Of a stretch of DNA of 64,000 bases, positions 39,194 through 52,438 are shown one piece after another; positions within the stretch are counted from its first letter, which is position 1, and each line of letters starts with the position of its first letter. Origin of the DNA: Octopus vulgaris (Eukaryota); the NCBI GenBank assembly GCA_951406725.2, contig OX597823.1, positions 69,564,001-69,628,000 of the forward strand, in the 5' to 3' direction. A model generated the notes under the pieces. That model worked only from the letters and a program-made list of their open reading frames with translations, was not told the origin of the DNA and ran no database searches. The translations under genes were made by a program, and so were the position numbers.

Positions 39194-41357
39194 GAAATAA
39201 ATCAATATATGCATATGTAATATATTTGTGCAGGCATATATAAGTGTGTGTACATAATACATTTATATGTGTATGCATATTATGCATTATGAGATTTTGG
39301 AAGTGCACTTTGAGGAGGGTTGAACCATGCAGGTTATAACATTTATTTGTTTTTCATTATTGAACATCGTCTATGACATGACGCGTCCTTGAGGCAGGGA
39401 TTCTAATTCGTTATTTATTTACCTTATTGCTTCGTGCGACGAAACTGATTTGTATGCTGGAATTAAATGCTCTTCTGCGTATGATTATTTATTTGTTGCA
39501 TGTTAATTTTGGAATTTACAATATATGAATTCTGACTTATCCCTATTTTAGCTTCCATTCACAAAACTAAAATTTGTCTAATCATTATAACAACACCCAC
39601 TGAATTGTATATTTTTGCATTTGCTTCATAAGTATAAGAAAATATGTACAGCCAATTTTTGCTGATTTCTCTACGATTTTACCTTTTAATTACTTAGAAC
39701 TGGAGACTCAGGTATGTATGCAAATTAGCTATGCTCTTTATTTAACAGTTAGAGATCGGCTTACAAAGTGTGTTCGTACACATATCAACTAGATCCATCT
39801 CCATTTGTATTTTACACATTCGCCTATGGTACTTTCCAGTCGATTCCTTGGCCGACGCGCCACCTTTTTCAATCTGTTTAGTTAGCAATTTTCACTACCT
39901 GTGGTTTTCTTTTGGTCCTTATCGATTACTATTTTTCCAGTAATATAGAAGAAATTAATGTAAAGATTTCTGTATAAATGATATTTTAGTTTCACCTTTG
40001 TCAAGCAATTTTAGCTCATAACGTCTGAATGCCAAGTCTGGCATGACAAACATGACAAAGACAGACATGATCATTTTGGATTCTTTGTTGTCACCTTGTC
40101 AATGTAGACAGTGATAAATTTTATCCAATCAGAAGTTTCAACAGTTTGAGCCATTTTTTAAAAATATTTTAACATGTTTTTGAATTTTTTAGCAAACTTC
40201 TCACGTCCACTTGGCGCATCCAAATATTCAATCTTGTGACAAATACGCGTAAGCTGCTAATTCATCTCACCTCATCGTTATCCACAACCTAATTTCCAGT
40301 ATTTTAAATACACGTACGTTTGCCTTTTCTTTTTATTGATGGCCACTTATATGCCTGCACATATTCAACTCTACTACACACATCTAAGTGATTCGAAAAT
40401 ATGAATGCTGATATGTGTATCATCCATAGCATTTTTAAACCATGATTTATTTACTTTACTCATCAATCTGCGATTTCACAAACACATTCATATAAATATT
40501 GCCTTGAATGTTTTAAGTTATGATCTGAAATGTTCCATTTCTGGATTTTGTGCTATATTAACATGCATTCATAAACTACGTATTTTGTAATTATTAGCAC
40601 TTATTCTACCAAGAAGATCTTTCGAATTCTACGTGTTAGTTAGTATTTAGAAATTAAAGGGGTGGGAAATATACACAACCAATGTTTGTTTATATCACTA
40701 CGAAGTCAATTTTTAATTTCCTAAACATCTTTATAAACTGAGTCAGGAAAAACATAAGTAAATAGGTTATAGCGTATTTATAAACATGGACCCGCACACA
40801 TACATATTTATATGTATGTGTATAGGGTGTGTCGTATTTGAGCATCAGTGTATGCGTTTGTCTCGGCAAATAATCAATTACATTTATTTGCTTGCAACTG
40901 TTAATGTACACACGCTTACAAACACATGCATATTTACGTATGTATATACTTATGAGTGTGAAAGGTTAACAATCACACGAGGCGATAATATTTAAATCGT
41001 TAAAAATGTTTTTACTTCGCTTGTAGTGTTCGTTAATTATCCCCCTTCCTTTAGAGTTCAATTCATGCTCTATAATTATCAAATGTAATTAATAATGTAT
41101 TCCTTTTTAGATTTTTCCGTCCAATTCCGTTTCTTTTTATCCCTTTTATACCTTAATCCTTAACACCATATCTCTATTCCATTCTTAATACTTTTTTCTA
41201 CTATTCACTGTTAATTTTTCTAGTTGATATTCATTTCTACTTTTCATCTTGCTGCTCGTCTACAGTTTCTCTTTCTTCTCTCCTTTCCATAGGCCTCCGC
41301 AACATCTCTTTATTTTTACATTTCCATCCTTCCATCTATCAATATAATACTTATCCT

Positions 41358-41409
<52 letters not shown>

Positions 41410-41813
41410 GTTACCTAACTATCTAACTGTCTAACTTCTCTCGCAGTTTTTAATCTGCATGGATGATAACTGGAGGAGATGTAATATTTATTTATACCAA
41501 GTTGTATCAAAGAAGTAATAAAATTTTATCATGTATTACGTTATTCATAGCAAATCCGCAAATCTACTTTTCAGCATTTCTAGGAATAAACTATACTATT
41601 ATAACAACCTGATTACTTTGTCGCTTATTTTTACAGAGCCATGTATTCAAGTTTTAAATAGTACATGCTACCATTTTTAAACACACACGTACATGCACGC
41701 ACACACGCACATCCACAGGAACACACACAGGCACCAACACACATATGTATGCGTATGTATATCTCTATGCATATATATATGCATATATATATATAAATGT
41801 ATATTTATATATA

Positions 41814-41845
<32 letters not shown>

Positions 41846-41920
41846 CATGTGTTTGTGTGTGTATAAACATGAGAATGAAGATACGCCATGAAGAAGACAC
41901 TTCAGAATGCATACACACAT

Positions 41921-41984
<64 letters not shown>

Positions 41985-42049
41985 GAAATATCTATAAAAC
42001 CGTCAAAAGGTTCTTTATTTTTTGGTTTTTTGATTTATTATTGGTGGGG

Positions 42050-43037
42050 TTTTTTTTCTCTGGTTTCAGCTCAGAGCTGCAGCCATACTGATGCACCGCC
42101 GTTTTGTGCTACACTGTTATTACGAAGAACCTCGTCTAATATGTGGCACTTGGTGAAGAATGGAGTTTGATATAGCTACCCTCATTTGCACCTCTTGCCG
42201 TGAGGTAGGTTCATCTGGGACTCTCGACAGGAAGATGCCCAGCTTTGATTTAAAAACCGCTACATCTACTTTGTGCAAGTTCCTCAGACTCTTTGGGAGA
42301 ATATTAAAAAGCGGTAGGCCCTTGAAACCCAGGCTGTTGCAGAAGCTGGTCCTGAAGCGTAATGGCATTGCTGGGATCTTTGGCACTATGCAGTGTCGTC
42401 CCGTTCTAGCATTGGTGTAGCTTACAATGCCAAAATTTGGCACAATTTCTTCCAGGATCTTCCAGACATATATTACTGCATACCTCTCCCGTCTTCTCTC
42501 CAGGGAGTAGAGTCTTAGCTGTTTCAACCTTTCGCAGTAGCTGAGCTGTTGCAAAGAGACAATCTTCTTTGTGAATCTTCTCTGGATTGCTTCAAGGTCC
42601 GCTGTTAATTTTACACTGGTGGGTGACCATAGCTGTGAGCAGTAATCCAGGCGGCTGAGGACGAATGTCCGCCAGAGGAACATCATGGTTTCCTTACCTC
42701 TGGTTCTGAATGTTCTTAGGATCCACCCAGCCAGTCGTCTGCACTTTGTCGCTATCCTGGTAATGTGCACTTGGAAAGAGGTATCATCACTCATGTCGAT
42801 ACCCAGGTCCCTCACAGACTTAGGCTCCGGGATTGATATTCCCTGTGGACCGGTGTTTCCTGTAAGTTTAATATTCAGTTTTGGATGCTGGTAGCGCAGG
42901 GCCTGGAATTTTTCAGCATTAAACTGCATATTATTATCCTCAGCCCATCTGTAGATTGAGTCCAACTCCTGCTGCAGGTGTGCAACATCGCTGGGGTTCT
43001 GTATTTTCTGCGAGACTATCGTATCGTCTGCGTAGTT
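42050..43037 (-). mobile_element. CR1-clade LINE, 5'-truncated; uninterrupted RT C-terminal reading frame plus 3' UTR
   Basis: YADDT...LQQELDSIYRWAEDNNMQFNAEK...VRDLG...LDYCSQLWSP...LYSLERRRER. The frame is open from about 43037 to 42120, followed by a short 3' UTR and A-rich tail. Confidence 0.95.
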
Positions 43038-43039
43038 GT

Positions 43040-44126
43040 TTAATGTTTTGCTAAAATTGCTACTTCTTTTCAGATATCAGGAAAAGGTAATTAAAATTCA
43101 TTAAAATGACGGATCTATTGGATTTGCAAAGAAGTCAAATTGTTGGTGCTCGTATGGCAGGTGCTAGCGTAACGAAAACAGCCAAAATGTTTGGTGTATC
43201 AAAAAGTTACGAAAGTAATGACAGTCTTTAAGAAAGAAGGAAAAACCTCCTCGTCGAAACAAAACTCCGGAAGAAAACCAAAACTTTCAGATAGAGACCG
43301 TCGGACTCTTATACGAATTGCTAGAAAGGATCAGAAAAGTATAGCTCACAAAATTACTGCAGAGCTTGATGACCACCTCGAGAACCCAGTTTTCACAAAA
43401 ACTGTTTGGCGGGAGCTGCACAAAGCTGGATTTCACGGGAATGGTGCAATCAGAAAACAACTACCTTCAAAAACAAATGTTGCATAGCGTTTAGAGTGGA
43501 GTAAAAACCTACAGAATTGGTCCCTAGATCAGTGGAAGAATGTTATTTTCTCAGACGCATCATTCTTTACCCTATTTCCGACCACCGGCCGCGTATACGT
43601 GTGGAAACAGCCAAAAGAAGTATCTGACCCAGACAGCCTTCTTCCAACTGATAAACATGGCGGAGGATCTGTGATGATTTCTGGGCTTATATATTGGAAA
43701 TCCACCGGCCCAATGATCAAGACTACTTAAGCATTTTATCTGACCAAATTCATCCTATGACTGCGGAATTGTTTCCGGAGGGAAGCGCAATCTTTCAGGA
43801 TGATAATGCACCAATTCACACAGCTAAAGTTGTTACTGAATGGCACGAGGAACATTCTAGTGAAGTTGAAGAGTATTATTGAACATTTAGGGTGCATTTT
43901 AGAAAATCAAGTAAGGAGTCGATATCCTCCACCATCATCACTACAAAAACTGGAGACTACTTTAGCTGAAGAATAGACAAAAATTCTTTTGGAAACAATT
44001 CAAACTTTGTGCAACTTCATCCCTCGTAGAATTCAAGCCGTAGTTACTGCCAAAGGCGGTCCTACCCCAAATTGAAATAAACTTGTTTGAAATTTTAAGG
44101 TGCTCCATTATTCTGCCCAACCCCTG

Positions 44127-44128
<2 letters not shown>
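43040..44128 (+). mobile_element. Tc1-family transposon, decayed transposase, right TIR present
   Basis: ATG at 43106: MTDLLDLQRSQIVGARMAGAS..SGRKPKL; WKNVIFSD; KHGGGSVMI; FQDDNAPIH; AKGGPT. Ends ttctgcccaacccctg+TA. Confidence 0.95.
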
Positions 44129-44219
<91 letters not shown>

Positions 44220-44304
44220 ATATATACATATATATATATATATGTATGTATGAATGTATGTATATATATACATATATACACATATATATTCATATATTCA
44301 CATA

Positions 44305-44340
<36 letters not shown>

Positions 44341-44362
44341 TGCATGTATGCATGTATGTATA
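44127..44362. repeat. Compound TA/TG/TATG microsatellite
   Basis: Direct inspection. Confidence 0.95.
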
Positions 44363-44744
44363 CTGATGTCTGCTTCATGGCACAACTTCATGCTCATATT
44401 TACATATGACTGTTTCTTTTTTTCGTTGGTTTTTTTTTATTGGTTTTGTTCCTTGTTCGTATGTTTCAATGCTCCTGAAATATACTTTTATCTTAAATCT
44501 GGGCATCAAGTCTCTTACTATTACTTCTATGGCATCAATTCTCTATCTATGGAATCAAATCTCTAGCTATTGTTTCTAATTTTATTTTAATGTAATTTTT
44601 GTAGTCTGTACAAAGTACAAGCTCAGGTGAATACAAATTGTCGAATATCAAAGAAGCAAAGGCTAGAGTGACAGTTAATATATTTTTTTTGTAAACATTA
44701 ATATTCTTCGTGATAAAATTATGTCTATACTATTCAATTTTTTA

Positions 44745-45085
44745 ATGCTTTAGTTTCAATTTATTTTTTTGCAGCAAAAGCATCACTGAGAGATAGACTT
44801 GATACAGTGTCAAACAAAATGCTTCCCTTTATTTATTTACTATTCTCTACTTTCTGAGTTTAAATTTGTCAAAGCTCACTTAAACTCCAGTGATCTTGAG
44901 CTTGATAAAATTAAGTACTATTCCTTATCCGCGAGGGGTTTCCTTGTTGTTTAGTCCCCCACTCCCATCCGCCCCACCCCACACGCGTACACACGCAATC
45001 GGGTTCTAAACAACGGAAAAACAAAAGTATGTTTTTAGTGTTATTGTCGTTGTTGGTTAAACCAAACCCATCCTTTATTAAGGTC
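44745..45085 (+). repeat. Old local duplication, copy 1 (paralog at 53609-54490)
   Basis: Shared ctgagtttaaatttgtc.aagctcactt, cttgataaaattaagtac, ctaaacaac.gaaa...caaaagtat and catcctttattaag in the same order. Confidence 0.75.
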
Positions 45086-45488
45086 CACATTATTTAAAGT
45101 CTCCTTCATTTGCAGGCTAGTATATTTACGCGAGATTTGACTACTGCTTCTAGCCTTCCCGTTGTGTAAGTTTAAGCTGATATACACGTATTTCCCAAAT
45201 TTCAGACAAAATGTTTAAAATATCATCTTTTATAATTTCAGAAGCATATTTCAAAAGCATTAAAACATATGAACAAAGAATATTCTCCATTTATTCTGTC
45301 GTCTCTGCTATATATTCCTGCTAATTTCTTATATGAACAGCTGACTGTGGTGAAAACAACAACAATATAACTAACAATAGTAGCAGCAACAACGCGATGC
45401 AAATAACATCTTGCTCTCTCCCAAACTATACGCTTTTTTCCTTGAAAACGGATGAACACATTAGATAATGTTTCCCTATTTACCACTA

Positions 45489-45792
45489 GTGGAGGCGCAA
45501 TGACCCAGTGGTTAGGGCAGCGGATTCGCGGTCGGAGGATCGTAGCTTCGATTCCCACACCCGGCGTCGTGTGTGCTTATTGAGCGAAAACACCTAAAGC
45601 TCCACGATGCTCCGGCAGGAGGTGGTGGCGACTCCTGTTGTACTCTTTCGCCCCAACTTTCTCTCACTCTCTCTTCCTGTTTCTTGAGTAACGCTGCGAT
45701 GGACTGGCGTCCCGTCCAGCTGGGGGATACACATACGCCACAGAAATCGGGAAACCGGGCCTATGAGCCTGGCTAGGCTTGAAAAGGGCGAC
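45489..45792 (+). mobile_element. SINE family C, full length
   Basis: tRNA-like head; high similarity to the reverse complement of 9978-10279. Confidence 0.9.
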
Positions 45793-46559
45793 GTTTATCG
45801 TTTTTTATTTACCACTAAAAATACAAGATAATTATAGCATTGATCATAGGTGTAGAAAATCAAGGTTGATATGGGGCCAGAGCAGCAATGACTATACAGA
45901 CGAAGCAGAAGCAAAACTAATAATTAGAACTTCAACAGAAAAAAGATCTATAGCAACGAGATATTTTAGTAATCAAGTGTTTTAAATATGTCTATCATTC
46001 AAGCGCAAGGAGTGATAGATTTAAGACTCGTTAATGCAGCGGACAGCATTGTTTACTGCTTTAATTTCCTTTACGTTCTAAGTTTAAAATACCACCAGAA
46101 CCGAAATGTCCCCTCTTCCCACAAAACAAACACCAGCTAACAGGAAGGATATGTAATAGAGAAATAAACAATGAATGTCTAATATTATTTAGAAGACACC
46201 GTGGGAAAGGTTTTGGTATTATTTCATCAGCAGAAAATTTATTGTAATTAGTAATAAGAAAATGTACAAAATTCTACATGATATTGCGTTCGACACTTTA
46301 TTGCTTTTTTTTTTTTTAGTTCAAGCTAGACAAGTTATTCTGCATGTATAATTTCGTTTGGACGGCGGGACTTAATTTTAGAAATTTTTGGAAAGCGACC
46401 AAAACCTGGCGGTCACTCTAACGACTGGGTTCTCATTTTATCGACGGAAGTATCACATACGCCGAGAAATTCCAACTTGCAATTGAGCAAATAAATCGTC
46501 ATCTGTAAGAGAATAAATATTTTCTACAATCACCTTTATCTGTTCTTTTTACAGACCTT

Positions 46560-47560
46560 TGTTGTAGACATGTATTACAGCGCTTATAAGTGAACGTTAC
46601 TGTTATATGAACCTCATCCCCATCAATTTCCAGTTTGAAGGCGAAGGAAATGTGAGGATGTACTATGTAAGTGAAGCTTAGACCGGTTGCTGGCATTGCC
46701 CAGTGGACAGCAAGGTCCACAGGGGAATAAGGTTATCCTCTATAGAAGAAGTCCTCAGACAACTGGAAGAAATTGAGAGAATGGAATGGTGAATCTTTGG
46801 TTGAGAGGGAGTGTAATACGAATAGAGGTGAGAGACAGTGGCCTTCTAATGGACAGGGGCAAATAGATGGTGGATGCCAACGATGGAAACATCTAGAAAT
46901 TGAATGTCTGAAAGAAGTTAATATAAGAGGTGAAGCTAACGAGTTGCTGTTGTTTGCTGGGTAAGATGGTTCTAATGTATTTGAATATATAGCGTCCGTA
47001 TACCTCTGAAGCGGTTCAAGTGGACTGCGTAAAAATTATTGATCAATATTGCCGAGAAAATCATTTGTGAAGTTTGGGCTTATTTTGCTCCTGTGGTGAC
47101 AGCGCTCATTTATTCATAAAAGTTCGGCCAGCTGGAAAAGGTTAGTCATTTCGAACTTAGATGCTAAGGTTGTAGCTGTGGGGCATAATCGTATAAAGCA
47201 TTTAAACGTCCTTCTTGAATAGCATTTTGAAATGTCTTGAGGAAAAGTGAAACTATTCACAGAGAGCTCGAGAATAACTGATATCCATAATGTGTGTTGG
47301 TAAGGCAGGAACAAAGGTTTATAAAAGTTTATCGAACTACCTAGAAAGACGTTCGATGGAACAATTAATTGCTGAGATGATATTGGGTGGGGGCTAGGAT
47401 TATCGAGTTGGGGAATTTGTTGAGTGAAAAGAAACGATTGGAGTTACACTGAATTACTTTATTGTCAGAGGGTGAAATGAGTTAGAGAGATGTGAGGATG
47501 CACGGTTGTAGAGTGTTGCAACTGGTTATGGTAGAGGAAGTCTCTAGGCAACTTGCTATT
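46560..47560 (-). mobile_element. Ancient Neptune-type PLE reverse transcriptase remnant
   Basis: Manual translation gives HPIISAINCSIERLS, LFQLAELL, PNFTNDFLG, VYGRYIFKYI (RYIDD-like) and IQFLDVSI...VH*KATVSH.Y in the expected order. Confidence 0.7.
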
Positions 47561-48124
47561 AAAGAGAGGTTAGTTGAGTTCAACACAGTTGGCCAATCCA
47601 TTAAACACTTCTCTGTGTTCAGTATAAACGCCTCTTAATAACCCCCACAACTCACCTGCTGTGTATGAATGCTCGTTTGAAGACAGACTTACTGAGAATG
47701 CTTTCAAATTAAGTGCCATGCATTATCATTTTTAATTTTAGGTTCATTTTAATATTATTTCTAACAATAATATCGTTTACGTCCTTCTGTTACTGTTTAC
47801 GTGTGCATCAATATTATTTGGTGTGCGTTCATGCTGACGCTGTTACAAGAATTATTTTCTTTTCTTTTTAAGTCATTAAGAATTTTGCTTTTGCATCTCA
47901 TTTTTAATATGATTGCATGGATGTGCGTACAATCTACAACTCACGAGCTATTCATACAGGTTCCATCTTACTTGCGTATGCAAAAAACCCATGTAAATGT
48001 ATGTGTCTCAATAAAGTCGTTAACAAACTTCCTCTTCTGTTTTCTGATCAATCCAAGGAAAAAAAAAACACTATTCCTTAAGCTAAATATACTTTCAAAA
48101 TGTAAGGCTCCACACCCTTATTCT

Positions 48125-48330
48125 TTTATCCTTTTATTCTTTCATTCTTTTACTGTTTCAGTCCTTTGACATCGGCCATGAACGAGCACCGCCTTCAAGG
48201 ATTTTAGTCGAACAAATCCCCCCCAAAATTTATTTTTCAAGACTAGTACTTACTCTATCAGGCTCTTTTGACGAACCACTAGGGTTGTCAAGTGGTGATG
48301 GGGACAAATACAGACACACACACATAAAAA

Positions 48331-48418
<88 letters not shown>

Positions 48419-48429
48419 ATATAAATATA

Positions 48430-48475
<46 letters not shown>

Positions 48476-48480
48476 TGTAT

Positions 48481-48555
<75 letters not shown>

Positions 48556-48812
48556 TGTACCGGAGTAAGCCAATAAATTCGAAACAAGGTGGAAAAAAAT
48601 AGTACTCGAATACCAGAGGTAGAGTAATATGCTGTATTGAAAACCAGCAAAAATATCACAAAAACTCTTCCGTGTACCAAATCCATTCACAAGGCTTTGG
48701 TCGGCTAGAGGTTATAATAGAAGACACTTGCCCAAGGTGTCACGCAGCGCGACTGAACCAGAGAGCATGTGGTTAGGAAGCAATCTTCTTACCACACAAC
48801 AGCGCCTGCGCC
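48125..48812 (-). mobile_element. SINE family B interrupted by (TA)n and a roughly 120-bp insert (48556-48678)
   Basis: Tail at 48125-48320 and head at 48678-48812 (aaatccattcacaaggctttggtcgg...gacacttgcccaaggtg). Confidence 0.85.
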
Positions 48813-49010
48813 ATATTTTTCATATTCTCTCAAGACCTCATTCCATCTTGAAATTTCCTATTCTCTATCACTCTCACTCTCTCTCTCTCTCTATCTCTCT
48901 CTACTTCTCTCCTCCAAACACACGCATACTCAGGTACTAACTCTCTACTACATCCCGTAATTCTCTGGTCTGTTCCCACTTACATGAACTAAGAAAACAA
49001 AATGTTCTCT

Positions 49011-49045
49011 CTCCTCGAAAAAGGACGTCGTCCGAAACGTCGGAG
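49011..49045 (+). ncRNA. Minimal type I hammerhead motif, U3-A8 variant core
   Basis: ctcc TCGAAAA a ggac-gtc-gtcc GAAAC GTC ggag. Stems I and II are perfect; stem III is the ACGT palindrome. Confidence 0.7.
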
Positions 49046-49190
49046 CCATGTATTGAAATGGCATACGAACATAAGAAACTTTAAACATTACCAGTATATA
49101 ACATTTACGATGGATGCAGAACCCTATTAAACTCCCTAGATTGTATTTCTTACCTATGAGTATGTGCATACATACACATAAACATACACG

Positions 49191-49240
<50 letters not shown>

Positions 49241-50711
49241 TATATGTAATCATAATTCAATTTCCTTGCCTTCATTGCGTGCGATTTTGATCTTTCGAGA
49301 TAGAATAATTAAATATGTAGTATAGACCGAACGACAGCTGCACTTTCGTGCATTTATATTTCTAAAAATTCACGTTTTTATCTTTTCTTAATTTATACTT
49401 CATCACTATATTTCGTTATTATTTAATATTCATATTTTCATTTTGTAGTTTGCTACTATTTTTCTCCCATCCTTAATAGTCTTCTATAACACTTTTCACA
49501 TTTTGCCCTCAGTCTTTTCCTCGTTTAATTGCTTTAGTTCATTTAATTATATTTCTTAACAGTATTTGATTCGGTTTTGTGTCAGAATGAAAACAACATT
49601 ATCAATAAACACAATAGAAATCAATTCAAAATGAGTTTTTAAAATTACTCCAACCTCAAATCTGTTTCAGTTTTGAAAGGATTGAGTTATGCTTTATCTA
49701 AAGTAAACAGAATAAATAGGAAGACCTATTTTTTCTTTGAATCTCATTCATAAATCTCTTATAAAAGTATTTCAGAGAAATATGATAAACGAAACAAATT
49801 AGATTAAATATTAATTAGGCATCTCATTTCCCTAATCGTCGAGTTTTGCTGGAATATACAGCTTCTATCGAAAGAATGATAATACCAAACGCGATTTATC
49901 TTTGCTGGTAAATTATGCATAGTGAGCCAAGAAGGTAACTTCATCGACAGCAAAACAATTCTGTATGTTTTTTTAAACCACTTCAGCTATAAAGGTATTC
50001 ATTTAATTGGTAATTCTGTGAAAACACGTTTCTTCATTTCATGCAAGAAAGAAAGAAAGAAGTAAGGAGAAAGTCATGGTCTGAAACAAAACTGCGCATT
50101 ACTAGAACGCCAGGTATCCTAGTACGTTACAATCTGGATATGTTAATAGCTCTCTGTACTAAAAGAATGAGCTTGTTTTGTTAGAATACGTTGGTGTGTT
50201 ACCAGTCCATAGTCTAACATATAGGAAATACTTAAATAATCTAAGAGATAATATGAGCTCATGGAAATATATTCGGTGAAACCTAACTGCTTACCAGAGT
50301 TGCGCAACTTCTTAAATACCACAGAATAAAATCAGTATCAAGTACTACTAACTGGCATGTTACCCCTAGAAGCAGTGTATCTCAAAGCACATAAGGTTAT
50401 AAATAGTAGCATGTAAATATTAAGTTGAAATTCCCTTTTGGGTCCACGGGTCAACATCTGCGAGCATGACAGACGTTCTCCCATTACACCAAGCAATCCT
50501 TCCAGTCTCTCTATCAAATTTAGAAACTATATTCCACCAGCGAGGAGTATAACTTGTTGACATCATAAAAAATTATAAACTTCGGAGAGAACGCGATCTC
50601 AGGAAATTTATAATCCCTATAACGCCAATAATAAATATAAACACAGTCATATATATATATATATGAGTGTATGTGTGTGTGTGCGTGTATTTGTGTGTGT
50701 ACGTACATGTG

Positions 50712-51112
50712 TTTCTACCAATGCCATCTACTGCACCTCCTACTCTCTCTGCCCTTCTCTATACATCTGGCAAACGGGACGCCGCTTGGCTGACAGGTTC
50801 GCGGAACACCTCCGAAACATCCGACTCGGCAATGACACCTCGGTCTCGTGCCATTTCCGCTCTACCGGTCACTCTTTGCAACACCTCTCTGTTTTCGGAT
50901 TGTCCTTGCACAGGGACCATCCGGACTCCCGTTTGCGCCTTGAACAGGGATTAATCTTCTCTCTTCGCTCCTTTCCGCCACATGTTCTCAACACTCCCCC
51001 CTCTTCATCTAACCCCCTCCCCTCTCCTCTCTCCTTCTTACACCTACTTCCTCCCTCCCTCCCACCTCTCCTCTATTGCTCCGACTCCTCTTTACTCCCA
51101 CTCTCCTCTTTT
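50712..51112 (+). mobile_element. Neptune-type PLE GIY-YIG endonuclease fragment with pyrimidine-rich 3' UTR
   Basis: TNAIYCTSYSLCPSLYIWQTGRRLADRFAEHLRNIR...VSCHF...HS...RLRLEQGLIFSL...PHVLN. Confidence 0.9.
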
Positions 51113-51119
51113 GATAGTT

Positions 51120-51545
51120 GAGATATTAGTTATTGATATATTTAATGCTTTAACCGATTTCATAGTTTACACTGATTTTCAAAAATGATCAAATAGAAAG
51201 GCATGACTTATGTCTTGCTTCTGAATAGTGTTTGAAGCTTAGCTTGTCCTGTTTTTATAGGGAGTTTCTGGCTCAAATTAGTATATGTTTTGAAGAGAAT
51301 TTGATTGGTGGAGGATAGTCACATGACTGGTCTTAGAAATCTTTGTAGGTTCCCCGCTATGTCCACATGTAAGTATCAAGTGACAATGTTTTACATCGTA
51401 AGTTAAGGCTGACCCGGTTGATTGCACATGTCAAAATAATCAATGCTCTGAATGCTTTCTGTCAAGTGCATTTTCAACTTCTGTTTTTCCCATGTATCAG
51501 GCATGCAGTGACCGACAACAGAATGTTATAGTCGAGACCACTGCG
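51120..51545 (-). mobile_element. Highly decayed PLE endonuclease remnant with downstream HHR-like motif
   Basis: Minus translation SGLDYNI...YMGKTE...RKHSEH, then ttt TTGAAAA tcagt-gtaa-actat GAAAT cg GTT aaa at 51148-51186. Confidence 0.45.
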
Positions 51546-52026
51546 TCTCTGACAATATATGTCTAGTTTGCGAATAAAGGTGTAAGGGACCCGTGGGCGT
51601 TCGCGTGGTGATCGCGTTTTAGTGGTGAATTTTCATTTATTATCGTGCGTGCTTGTTTTGTTTGATGTGTCGAAGTGGAAGAGGAAGCTAATGAGTGTAC
51701 GTCTGTGTGTGTGAGTGAGTTTGTGTATGTGTTGTGCTTGTGTGAGTGTGCGTGTGCGTAGCGTGTTCTGTTTTATGTATATATCTTTGTGGAGGAAGCT
51801 ACTGGGTGTATGTGTATGTGTGTGAGTGTGTGTGTGAGCGTGCTTTTATGTATTTATACGTGGGGAATGTATATATAACAAAAACAATGTCACATTTTAA
51901 ACTGTACGCATATTTGCCCTTACCTGCCTCGTTTGTGTATGTAAAATCTGTAAATTTCCAAGAAAATGAGATGAATGTCGAAAAACCCGTATTAGTTATA
52001 ATAGTCCATGTGTTTTTTTAAACCAC

Positions 52027-52138
52027 CAAAGAGCCGACATCTTGCAACGTGTATCAAAGAGCCGAGATATTGCAACATGCATTAAAGAGCTGAAATATAG
52101 GAACATGCATCAAACAGACGAAATATTGCAACATTTAT
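52027..52138. repeat. 28-bp minisatellite, 4 diverged units
   Basis: Approximate consensus caaagagccgaaatattgcaacatgcat; units are head-to-tail with no spacers. Confidence 0.9.
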
Positions 52139-52438
52139 GGAGAAAAGGAAGAAATGCAAATTAACACTTACTATTGATTAAAAGGAATGCGAAAGAAAGA
52201 AATATAAATCACATTTCTATTAATTTTAAAACTAAATTAAACAAGATCTGTGGGACTATACAAGATCACGCTAGCACACACACAAGAACAAGCACTCATA
52301 CACATGCACATACACACACAAGAATAAGTGCGCGTACACACACACACAGACATACATACATTAACTGCCACTCCATTAGGAGAAATACAGTATATATATA
52401 AAATATTACAAGCGTTGCCTTGTACAAAACTAGAAAGG

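Noticed and set aside
39900-40560. Possible old DNA transposon remnant
   Set aside because: No TIR pair or catalytic motif identified with confidence.
45489-45560. tRNA gene
   Set aside because: The tRNA-like head continues into about 230 bp shared with the copy at 9978-10279, so it is a SINE.
52027-52138. CRISPR-like 28-bp repeats
   Set aside because: Head-to-tail with no spacers, no cas genes, eukaryotic context.
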